Assembly (NCBI GenBank): GCA_040954595.2
Contig: CM082583.2
Span: 404,542-468,541, forward strand
Source of the DNA: Balanoglossus misakiensis
Lineage: Eukaryota; Animalia; Hemichordata
Length of the DNA: 64,000 nucleotides
Direction: 5' to 3'
In this document: positions 34,701 through 47,115 of the stretch, piece by piece
Position numbering within the stretch: the stretch's first letter is position 1
Layout: each line of letters begins with the position of its first letter
Made by a program: the position numbers and the translations under genes
Notes under the pieces: generated by a model
What the model saw: only the letters and a program-made list of their open reading frames with translations
What the model was told of the DNA's origin: nothing
The model's database searches: none

Positions 34701-36702
34701 CCAGAAAAGGCGGTATAATTTGAATCACCCAAGACAAAATTACCATTTTCGACTTTTTTTCGAAAAATTGTCTTTTTTACAAAATAAATAAGAATAAATT
34801 CTTTTCTTAGTTTCAAACGGGTAGAGATACTTTCCACACGGGTTTTCTAACATTGAATTCCCGTTCATCAACTCAGATTTCCTACAGCATAAGTCGGCTA
34901 AAACCCTGACACTCTAGAGCAGAAACAGTTGCACTCTGGTAACGTTGAACAAGTCGATTTTTCTACGGCCTGGCTCGGCTAAATCTCCGTCACAATATGA
35001 CAGACACTAGCGTACGTTAGCAACGGTGATCAAGTCAGATTTTCTACGGCATGGCTTGGATAAAGCCCCGGCACTCTAGAGCAGAAACAGGCGTACATTG
35101 ACCACGTTGATCAAGTCAGATTTCCTACGGCGTGACTCGGCTGGTGCACCGGCTCTATATGACACAGACGTAAGTTATCAACGGTGACTACGTCGGATTT
35201 CAAACGGCCTGGTTTAGCTGAAGCCCCGGCACTTTAGAGCTGAAACACGCGTACATTGACCACGATGATCAAGTCAGATCTCCTACGGCCTGGCTCGACT
35301 AAAACCCCGGCACACCATGACAGACACTAGCCATCGTTAGCAACGGTGATCAAGTCGGATTTCCTTCGGCCTGGCTCTGCAAAAGACCCGACACTCTAGT
35401 ACAAAGACGTTGGCTAAGTCGGGCAAACCGAAGAGGGAAAGTCACAGCGGGTCAACACTCGACATTTGTTCGGGTAGGACTGCATTATTGCCTGTCAATT
35501 TATAGAGAAAGCCCGAATTTAACCAGGGCGTTTCAAACACCGACGTTAGTTGGGGGCACGGCCTGCAGTACTGACATCGGCGTACCGCACATAATGTAGG
35601 GGGGGGGGGGGGGAGGACGGTTCAATACTACATTTATTAGATATCAGCTAATTTTTGACAATCATTTAAAATCTAAAATATTTCGATATCTGATGATGTA
35701 TGAAATTTCCATTATATGTGAAAATGGTGCTGATTATAAAAAATGCACTCTGATTTAATACAAAATTGCGTTTTATTCGTTTTTGCACCAAAAAGGTCAT
35801 TTTTAGGCAAAACATTCATTATTTTTTTAATTCGGTGACCTGATCATATATAAACAATTGCTTGTATGTTAAAAGTTTTTATGACTTTTAAAAGCAGTGA
35901 CACTGGCGGCATTCAACACGAAAATAACAATTTTAGCCACAATTTGGTCAAAATGGTAAATTTTTGAAAATTACAAAAAATACCTGTTTTCTACATTTTC
36001 GGAAATCTGAAGGAGTATAGAATGCTCTTTGTATGTATATATCGATACAAATTCCACAAAAGACCGTCTAATTTGGCTCACTGCAGACAAAATTGCGTTT
36101 TACCAACTTTTCCTTGAAAATGTCATATTTAGAAAAAAAAATAAAAAAACCTTTGTTCTTCGAATTTGGTGCCCTGATCATATATGACATGTTGATTGTA
36201 TGTTAAAACTTTCGACCACTCCAAAAATGCAGAGATACTGACGGAATTCAATAAAAAATAGCCATTTTGGCCATATTTTGTCAAAAATGGTAATTTTTTT
36301 AAAAAATCATAAAAAACTAACTCTTTTCTTCATTTTCGGAAATATTGTGGAGCATGAAGTGTCGTTCTCTTGTAAAAAAAATGCTGCAAATTCCAGAAAA
36401 GGCGGTATAATCACCCAAGACAAAATTACCATTTTCGACTTTTTTTCGAAAAATTTTCTTTTTTGCAAAATAAATAAGAATAAATTCTTTTCTTAGTTTC
36501 AAACGGGTAGAGATACTTTCCACACGGGTTTTCTAACATTGAATTCCCGTTCATCAACTCAGATTTCCTACAGCATAAGTCGGCTAAAACCCTGACACTC
36601 TAGAGCAGAAACAGTTGCACTCTGGTAACGTTGAACAAGTCGATTTTTCTACGGCCTGGCTCGGCTAAATCTCCGTCACACTATGACAGACACTAGCGTA
36701 GG

Positions 36703-39700
36703 TTAGCAACGGTGATCAAGTCAGATTTTCTACGGCATGGCTTGGATAAAGCCCCGGCACTCTAGAGCAGAAACAGGCGTACATTGACCACGTTGATCAA
36801 GTCAGATTTCCTACGGCGTGACTCGGCTGGTGCACCGGCTCTATATGACACAGACGTAAGTTATCAACGGTGACTACGTCGGATTTCCTACGGCCTGGTT
36901 TAGCTGAAGCCCCGGCACTTTAGAGCTGAAACACGCGTACATTGACCACGATGATCAAGTCAGATCTCCTACGGCCTGGCTCGACTAAAACCCCGGCACA
37001 CCATGACAGACACTAGCCATCGTTAGCAACGGTGATCAAGTCGGATTTCCTTCGGCCTGGCTCTGCAAAAGACCCGACACTCTAGTACAAAGACGTTGGC
37101 TAAGTCGGGCAAACCGAAGAGGGAAAGTCACAGCGGGTCAACACTCGACATTTGTTCGGGTAGGACTGCATTATTGCCTGTCAATTTATAGAGAAAGCCC
37201 GAATTTAACCAGGGCGTTTCAAACACCGACGTTAGTTGGGGGCACGGCCTGCAGTACTGACATCGGCGTACCGCACATAATGTAGGGGGGGGGGGGGAGG
37301 ACGGTTCAATACTACATTTATTAGATATCAGCTAATTTTTGACAATCATTTAAAATCTAAAATATTTCGATATCTGATGATGTATGAAATTTCCATTATA
37401 TGTGAAAATGGTGCTGATTATAAAAAATGCACTCTGATTTAATACAAAATTGCGTTTTATTCGTTTTTGCACCAAAAAGGTCATTTTTAGGCAAAACATT
37501 CATTATTTTTTTAATTCGGTGACCTGATCATATATAAACAATTGCTTGTATGTTAAAAGTTTTTATGACTTTTAAAAGCAGTGACACTGGCGGCATTCAA
37601 CACGAAAATAACAATTTTAGCCACAATTTGGTCAAAATGGTAAATTTTTGAAAATTACAAAAAATACCTGTTTTCTACATTTTCGGAAATCTGAAGGAGT
37701 ATAGAATGCTCTTTGTATGTATATATCGATACAAATTCCACAAAAGACCGTCTAATTTGGCTCACTGCAGACAAAATTGCGTTTTACCAACTTTTCCTTG
37801 AAAATGTCATATTTAGAAAAAAAAATAAAAAAACCTTTGTTCTTCGAATTTGGTGCCCTGATCATATATGACATGTTGATTGTATGTTAAAACTTTCGAC
37901 CACTCCAAAAATGCAGAGATACTGACGGAATTCAATAAAAAATAGCCATTTTGGCCATATTTTGTCAAAAATGGTAATTTTTTTAAAAAATCATAAAAAA
38001 ACTAACTCTTTTCTTCATTTTCGGAAATATTGTGGAGCATGAAGTGTCGTTCTCTTGTAAAAAAAATGCTGCAAATTCCAGAAAAGGCGGTATAATCACC
38101 CAAGACAAAATTACCATTTTCGACTTTTTTTCGAAAAATTTTCTTTTTTGCAAAATAAATAAGAATAAATTCTTTTCTTAGTTTCAAACGGGTAGAGATA
38201 CTTTCCACACGGGTTTTCTAACATTGAATTCCCGTTCATCAACTCAGATTTCCCACAGCATAAGTCGGCTAAAACCCTAACACTCTAGATCAGAAAGAGT
38301 TGCACACTGGTAACGTTGAACAAGTCGATTTTTCTACGGCCTGGCTCGGCTAAATCTCCGTCACAATATGACAGACACTAGCGTACGTTAGCAACGGTGA
38401 TCAAGTCAGATTTTCTACGGCATGGCTTGGATAAAGCCCCGGCACTCTAGAGCAGAAACACGCGTACAGAGAGCACGTTGATCAAGTCTGATCTCCTACG
38501 GCTTGGCTCGACTAAAACCCCGGCACACTATGACAGACACTAGCGTTCGTTAGCAACGTTGATCAAGTCAGATTTCCTACGGCATGGCTTGGCTAAAGCC
38601 CCGGCACTCTAGAGCAGAAACACGCGTACGGAGACCACGTTGATCTACTCACATTTCCTTCGGCCTGGCACGGCTGATGCCCCGGCACTATATATAGGAC
38701 AAAGACTGGCGTAAGTTAACAACGGTAATCACGTCGGGTTTCCTACGGCCTGGCTCAGCTGAAGCCCGAGCATTCTAGAGCGGAAACAGGCGTACATTGA
38801 CCACGTTGATCAAGTCAGATTTTCTACGGCATGGCTTGGATAAAGCCCCGGCACTCTAGAGCAGAAACACGCGTACAGAGACCACGTTGATCAAGTCTGA
38901 TCTCCTACGGCTTGGCTCGACTAAAACCCCGGCACACTATGACAGACACTAGCGTTCGTTAGCAACGTTGATCAAGTCAGATTTCCTACGGCATGGCTTG
39001 GCTAAAGCCCCGGCACTCTAGAGCAGAAACACGCGTACGGAGACCACGTTGATCTACTCACATTTCCTTCGGCCTGGCACGGCTGATGCCCCGGCACTAT
39101 ATATAGGACACAGACTGGCGTAAGTTAACAACGGTAATCACGTCGGGTTTCCTACGGCCTGGCTCAGCTGAAGCCCGAGCATTCTAGAGCGGAAACAGGC
39201 GTACATTGACCACGTTGATCAAGTCAGATTTCCTACGGCGTGACTCGGCTGGTGCACCGGCTCTATATGACACAGACTGGCGTAAGTTATCAACGGTGAT
39301 TACGTCGGATGTCCTACGGCCTGGTTTAGATGAAGCCCCGGCACTTTAGAGCGGAAACACGCGTACATTGACCACGATGATCAAGTCAGATCTCCTACGG
39401 CCTGGCTCGACTAAAACCCCGGCACACCATGACAGACACTAGCGTTCGTTAGCAACGGTGATCAAGTCGGATTTCCTTCGGCCTGGCTCTGCAAAAGACC
39501 CGACACTCTAGTACAAAGACGTTGGCTAAGTCGGGCAAACCGAAGAGGGAAAGTCACAGCGGGTCAACACTCGACATTTGTTCCGGTAGGACTGCATTAT
39601 TGCCGGTCAATTTATAGAGAAAGCCCGAATTTAACCAGGGCGTTTCAAACACCGACGTTAGTTGGGGGGGGGGGGGGGCACGGCCTGCAGTACTGCCGGG

Positions 39701-42700
39701 TAAGCTGACATCGGCGTACCGCATATAATGTAGGGGGGGGAACAGAACGGTTCAATACTACATTTATTAGATATCAGCTAATTTTGGACAATCATCCAAA
39801 ATCTAAATCATTTTTTCATATTTGGATATCTGATGATGTATGAAATTTCTATTATATGTAAAAATGGTGCTGATTATAAAAAATGCACTATGAATGAGCT
39901 GATTTAATACAAAATTGCGTTTTATTCGTTTTTGCACCAAAAAGGTCATTTTTAGGCAAAACATTCTTTATTTTTTTAATTCGGTGACCTGATCATATAT
40001 AAACAATTGCTTGTATGTTAAAAGTTTTTATGACTTTTAAAAGCAGTGACACTGGCGGCATTCAACACGAAAATAACAATTTATTTTTTTAATTCGGTGA
40101 CCTGATCATATATAAACAATTGCTTGCATGTTAAAAGTTTTTATGACTTTTAAAAGCAGTGACACTGGCGGCATTTAACACGAAAATAACAATTTTAGCA
40201 ACGGTGATCAAGTCAGATTTTCTACGGCATGGCTTGGATAAAGCCCCGGCACTCTAGAGCAGAAACAGGCGTACATTGACCACGTTGATCAAGTCAGATT
40301 TCCTACGGCGTGACTCGGCTGGTGCACCGGCTCTATATGACACAGACGTAAGTTATCAACGGTGACTACGTCGGATTTCCTACGGCCTGGTTTAGCTGAA
40401 GCCCCGGCACTTTAGAGCTGAAACACGCGTACATTGACCACGATGATCAAGTCAGATCTCCTACGGCCTGGCTCGACTAAAACCCCGGCACACCATGACA
40501 GACACTAGCCATCGTTAGCAACGGTGATCAAGTCGGATTTCCTTCGGCCTGGCTCTGCAAAAGACCCGACACTCTAGTACAAAGACGTTGGCTAAGTCGG
40601 GCAAACCGAAGAGGGAAAGTCACAGCGGGTCAACACTCGACATTTGTTCGGGTAGGACTGCATTATTGCCTGTCAATTTATAGAGAAAGCCCGAATTTAA
40701 CCAGGGCGTTTCAAACACCGACGTTAGTTGGGGGCACGGCCTGCAGTACTGACATCGGCGTACCGCACATAATGTAGGGGGGGGGGGGGAGGACGGTTCA
40801 ATACTACATTTATTAGATATCAGCTAATTTTTGACAATCATTTAAAATCTAAAATATTTCGATATCTGATGATGTATGAAATTTCCATTATATGTGAAAA
40901 TGGTGCTGATTATAAAAAATGCACTCTGATTTAATACAAAATTGCGTTTTATTCGTTTTTGCACCAAAAAGGTCATTTTTAGGCAAAACATTCATTATTT
41001 TTTTAATTCGGTGACCTGATCATATATAAACAATTGCTTGTATGTTAAAAGTTTTTATGACTTTTAAAAGCAGTGACACTGGCGGCATTCAACACGAAAA
41101 TAACAATTTTAGCCACAATTTGGTCAAAATGGTAAATTTTTGAAAATTACAAAAAATACCTGTTTTCTACATTTTCGGAAATCTGAAGGAGTATAGAATG
41201 CTCTTTGTATGTATATATCGATACAAATTCCACAAAAGACCGTCTAATTTGGCTCACTGCAGACAAAATTGCGTTTTACCAACTTTTCCTTGAAAATGTC
41301 ATATTTAGAAAAAAAAATAAAAAAACCTTTGTTCTTCGAATTTGGTGCCCTGATCATATATGACATGTTGATTGTATGTTAAAACTTTCGACCACTCCAA
41401 AAATGCAGAGATACTGACGGAATTCAATAAAAAATAGCCATTTTGGCCATATTTTGTCAAAAATGGTAATTTTTTTAAAAAATCATAAAAAAACTAACTC
41501 TTTTCTTCATTTTCGGAAATATTGTGGAGCATGAAGTGTCGTTCTCTTGTAAAAAAAATGCTGCAAATTCCAGAAAAGGCGGTATAATCACCCAAGACAA
41601 AATTACCATTTTCGACTTTTTTTCGAAAAATTTTCTTTTTTGCAAAATAAATAAGAATAAATTCTTTTCTTAGTTTCAAACGGGTAGAGATACTTTCCAC
41701 ACGGGTTTTCTAACATTGAATTCCCGTTCATCAACTCAGATTTCCCACAGCATAAGTCGGCTAAAACCCTAACACTCTAGATCAGAAAGAGTTGCACACT
41801 GGTAACGTTGAACAAGTCGATTTTTCTACGGCCTGGCTCGGCTAAATCTCCGTCACAATATGACAGACACTAGCGTACGTTAGCAACGGTGATCAAGTCA
41901 GATTTTCTACGGCATGGCTTGGATAAAGCCCCGGCACTCTAGAGCAGAAACACGCGTACAGAGAGCACGTTGATCAAGTCTGATCTCCTACGGCTTGGCT
42001 CGACTAAAACCCCGGCACACTATGACAGACACTAGCGTTCGTTAGCAACGTTGATCAAGTCAGATTTCCTACGGCATGGCTTGGCTAAAGCCCCGGCACT
42101 CTAGAGCAGAAACACGCGTACGGAGACCACGTTGATCTACTCACATTTCCTTCGGCCTGGCACGGCTGATGCCCCGGCACTATATATAGGACAAAGACTG
42201 GCGTAAGTTAACAACGGTAATCACGTCGGGTTTCCTACGGCCTGGCTCAGCTGAAGCCCGAGCATTCTAGAGCGGAAACAGGCGTACATTGACCACGTTG
42301 ATCAAGTCAGATTTTCTACGGCATGGCTTGGATAAAGCCCCGGCACTCTAGAGCAGAAACACGCGTACAGAGACCACGTTGATCAAGTCTGATCTCCTAC
42401 GGCTTGGCTCGACTAAAACCCCGGCACACTATGACAGACACTAGCGTTCGTTAGCAACGTTGATCAAGTCAGATTTCCTACGGCATGGCTTGGCTAAAGC
42501 CCCGGCACTCTAGAGCAGAAACACGCGTACGGAGACCACGTTGATCTACTCACATTTCCTTCGGCCTGGCACGGCTGATGCCCCGGCACTATATATAGGA
42601 CACAGACTGGCGTAAGTTAACAACGGTAATCACGTCGGGTTTCCTACGGCCTGGCTCAGCTGAAGCCCGAGCATTCTAGAGCGGAAACAGGCGTACATTG

Positions 42701-43691
42701 ACCACGTTGATCAAGTCAGATTTCCTACGGCGTGACTCGGCTGGTGCACCGGCTCTATATGACACAGACTGGCGTAAGTTATCAACGGTGATTACGTCGG
42801 ATGTCCTACGGCCTGGTTTAGATGAAGCCCCGGCACTTTAGAGCGGAAACACGCGTACATTGACCACGATGATCAAGTCAGATCTCCTACGGCCTGGCTC
42901 GACTAAAACCCCGGCACACCATGACAGACACTAGCGTTCGTTAGCAACGGTGATCAAGTCGGATTTCCTTCGGCCTGGCTCTGCAAAAGACCCGACACTC
43001 TAGTACAAAGACGTTGGCTAAGTCGGGCAAACCGAAGAGGGAAAGTCACAGCGGGTCAACACTCGACATTTGTTCCGGTAGGACTGCATTATTGCCGGTC
43101 AATTTATAGAGAAAGCCCGAATTTAACCAGGGCGTTTCAAACACCGACGTTAGTTGGGGGGGGGGGGGGGCACGGCCTGCAGTACTGCCGGGTAAGCTGA
43201 CATCGGCGTACCGCATATAATGTAGGGGGGGGAACAGAACGGTTCAATACTACATTTATTAGATATCAGCTAATTTTGGACAATCATCCAAAATCTAAAT
43301 CATTTTTTCATATTTGGATATCTGATGATGTATGAAATTTCTATTATATGTAAAAATGGTGCTGATTATAAAAAATGCACTATGAATGAGCTGATTTAAT
43401 ACAAAATTGCGTTTTATTCGTTTTTGCACCAAAAAGGTCATTTTTAGGCAAAACATTCTTTATTTTTTTAATTCGGTGACCTGATCATATATAAACAATT
43501 GCTTGTATGTTAAAAGTTTTTATGACTTTTAAAAGCAGTGACACTGGCGGCATTCAACACGAAAATAACAATTTATTTTTTTAATTCGGTGACCTGATCA
43601 TATATAAACAATTGCTTGCATGTTAAAAGTTTTTATGACTTTTAAAAGCAGTGACACTGGCGGCATTTAACACGAAAATAACAATTTTAGC
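36703..43691 (+). repeat. 3,492-bp tandem duplication (higher-order repeat) within the satellite
   Basis: TTAGC at 36703, 40195 and 43687. Private variants recur at a 3,492-bp offset (e.g. ORFs at 38002 and 41494; expanded G-run near 39665 and 43157). Confidence 0.9.
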
Positions 43692-44275
43692 CACAATTTG
43701 GTCAAAATGGTAAATTTTTGAAAATTACAAAAAATACCTGTTTTCTACATTTTCGGAAATCTGATGGAGTATAGAATCCTCTTCGTATATATATATCGAT
43801 ACAAATTCCACAAAAAAACGGCCAATTTGGCTCACCGCAGACAATTTTTTTCAATTCGGTGACCTGATCATATATAAACAATTGCTTGTATGTTAAAAGT
43901 TTTTATGACTTTTAAAAGCAGTGACACTGGCGGCATTCAACACGAAAATAACAATTTTAGCCACAATTTGGTCAAAATAGTAATTTTTTGAAAATTACAA
44001 AAAACACCTGTTTTCTACATTTTCGGAAATCTGATGGAGTATAGAATGCTCTTCGTATGTATATATCGATACAAATTCCACAAAAGACAGTCTAATTTGG
44101 CTCACTGCAGACAAAATTGCGTTTTACCAAATTTTTCTTGAAAATGTCATTTTTAGAAAAAAATAAAAAACCTTTGTTCTTCGAATTTGGTGCCCTGATC
44201 ATATATGACATGTTGATTGTATGTTAAAACTTTCGACCTCTCTAAAAATGCAGAGATATTGACGGAATTCAAGAA

Positions 44276-46180
44276 ACAAGTGACCTATTGGTCAAAAGAG
44301 CTCTGCTGACTTTAACAGTGTAACCTGGGCAATGATATGAATACAGAATACCATAGGTTTTAATTTATAACAATTGTATTCTATTAAACAAAACCAAACA
44401 TAGACATCAATATAGCTGCCAAGCAGCAATAGCGGGCACAAGCCAACATTGCACATAGCACATAGCGGTAATCATTACAGGTGTGTGCTTATTCTTACCA
44501 AATATAAAGTCAGCAGACTTTTAATTTATGTAGTATTTCGCATTTCCGTCATATTTACATCAAAGGTCATGTGAGGTCACCAGAAATTTGGGTAATAATT
44601 TTGACCCTATACTGGTCCATGTCCCACAAGAACGAAACCTCAACCCCTATTAGTTAGCCTGGAATTAGGTATGCACATTCTTAATGAGTTAAGTAGGTGT
44701 CACAGGTGACCTTTAAATTTGGTTTCTTATTTTGGTCCCATCCGTACTGTACCTACTCTGGGTGCCGAGTTATGCAGAAGAATGTCAAAGGTCACCAAAA
44801 TTTGGGCAAGAAATTTTGACCCTATACTTATCCAGGTCCAACAAAAACCAGACCTCTAGCCTTATTGGTTCGCCTAGAATTAGGTATGTACATAATTAAT
44901 GAGGTAAAGTGTAAGACTCCATTAGGAGTTCCATCCCTCCAAATACCAAGGCTGTACCTGCTCTGGATACCGAGATATGGTAAAGTAGGTCAAAGGCTAC
45001 CTAAGGTCACCCAAAATTTGGGCAAGAAATTTTGACCCTTTACTAATCCAGGTCCAACAAAAACCAGACCTCTAGCCTTATTGGTTCGCCTAGAATTAGG
45101 TATGCACATAATCAATGAGGTAAAGTGTAAGACTCCATTAGGAGTTCCATCCTTCCAAATACCAAGGCTGTACCTGCTCTGGATACAGAGATATGGTAAA
45201 GTAGGTCAAAGGCCACCTAAGGTCACCAAAAATTTGGGCAAGAAATTTTGACCCCATAATTGTCCATGTTCAACAAAAACAAAACCTATAGCCCTATTGG
45301 TTAGCCTAGAATTAGGTATGTGCATAATTAATGAGATATGCATGTGTCACAGGTGACCCCCATTTCGGCTTTTAAATTTTAGCCCCAACCCTCAAAACGC
45401 CAAGTCTGTACCTGCTCTGTATGCCGAGATATAGGAAAGTAGGTCAAAGGTCATCTGAGGTCACCCAAAATTTGGGCAAATTTTTTTGACCCCATAAAAT
45501 TCTATTTTTAGATCTAATTTGCATATTGATGACCCCATCAAATCCAAATTAACAAAATCAGGTAGGGACACCATAACATACATTCCTACCAAATTTCAGC
45601 TCCATCGTACATGTAGTTAGGAAGAAGATTTTTTACCAAAAAATCTATTTTTAGATCTTATTTGCATATTTATGACCCCATCAAATCCAAATTAACAAAA
45701 TCAGGTAGGGACACCATAACACACATTCCTACCAAATTTCAGCTCTATCGTACATGTAGTTATGGAGAAAAATATTTTTTACAAAAAATTCTATTTTTAG
45801 ATCTAATTTGCATATTAATGACCCCATCAAATCCAAATTTACAAAATCAGGTAGGGGCCCCATAACACACATTCCTACCAAATTTCAGCTCCATTGTACA
45901 TGTAGTTGTGGAGAAGAAGATTTTTACCAAAAATTCTATTTTTAGATCTAATTTGCATATTCATGACCCCACCAAGTCCAAATTAACAAAATCAGTGAAG
46001 GGCACCATAACACACATTCCAACCAAATTTCAGCTAAATATGCCAAGTTGTTTTAAAGAAGAAGATTGAAATACCAAAAGTTGACGGACGACGGACGACG
46101 GATGACAGACGACGGACGACGGACGGACACTAATCAACCTACTGCTACAGCTCAGCTGACACAAGTGACAGCCGAGCTAA
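44276..46180 (+). mobile_element. Helentron-type non-autonomous element (second family), chimeric
   Basis: Starts ACAAGTGACCTATTGGTCAAAAGAGCTCTGCTGAC; four ~145-bp core repeats (45502, 45645, 45791, 45936); (GGAC/GAC)n at 46084-46129; 3' hairpin AGCTCAGCTG..CAGCCGAGCT followed by AAAA. Sits in the A-run of the satellite site CAAGAAAAAATAGCC. Confidence 0.88.
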
Positions 46181-47115
46181 AAATAGCCATTTTGGCCATA
46201 TTTTGACAAAAATGGTAAATTTTTAAAAAATCATAAAAAATTAACTCTTTTCTTCATTTTCGGAAATATTATGGAGCATGAAGTGTCGTTCTCTTGTAGA
46301 AAGTGCTGCAAATTCCAGAAAAGGCGGTATAATTTGAATCACCCAAGACAAAATTACCATTTTCGACTTTTTTTCGAAAAATTGTCTTTTTTACAAAATA
46401 AATAAGAATAAATTCTTTTCTTAGTTTCAAACGGGTAGAGATACTTTCCACACGGGTTTTCTAACATTGAATTCCCGTTCATCAACTCACATTTCCTACA
46501 GCATAAGTCGGCTAAAACCCAGTTACTCTAGAGCAGAAACAGTTGCACACTGGTAACGTTGAACAAGTCGATTTTTCTACGGCCTGGCTCGGCTAAATCT
46601 CCGTCACAATATGACAGACACTAGCGTACGTTAGCAACGGTGATCAAGTCAGATTTCCTACGGCCTGGTTTAGCTGAAGCCCCGGCACTTTAGAGTGGAA
46701 ACACGCGTACATTGACCACGATGATCAAGTCAGATTTCCTACGGCCTGGCTCGACTAAAACCCAGGCACACCATGACAGACACTAGCGTTCGTTAGCAAC
46801 GTTGATCAAGTCAGATTTCCTACGGCATGGCTTGGCTAAAGCCCTGGCACTCTAGAGCAGAAACACGCGTACAGAGACCACGTTGATCTATTCACATTTC
46901 CTTCGGCCTGGCACGGCTGATGCCCCGGCACTATATATAGGACACAGACTGGCGTAAGTTAACAACGGTAATCACGTCGGGTTTCCTACGGCCTGGCTCA
47001 GCTGAAGCCCCGGCACTCTAGAGCAGAAACAGGCGTACATTGACCACGTTGATCAAGTCAGATTTCCTACGGCGTGATTTAAATTACGAATTCCAGATAT
47101 GCTATTACTAATTAA

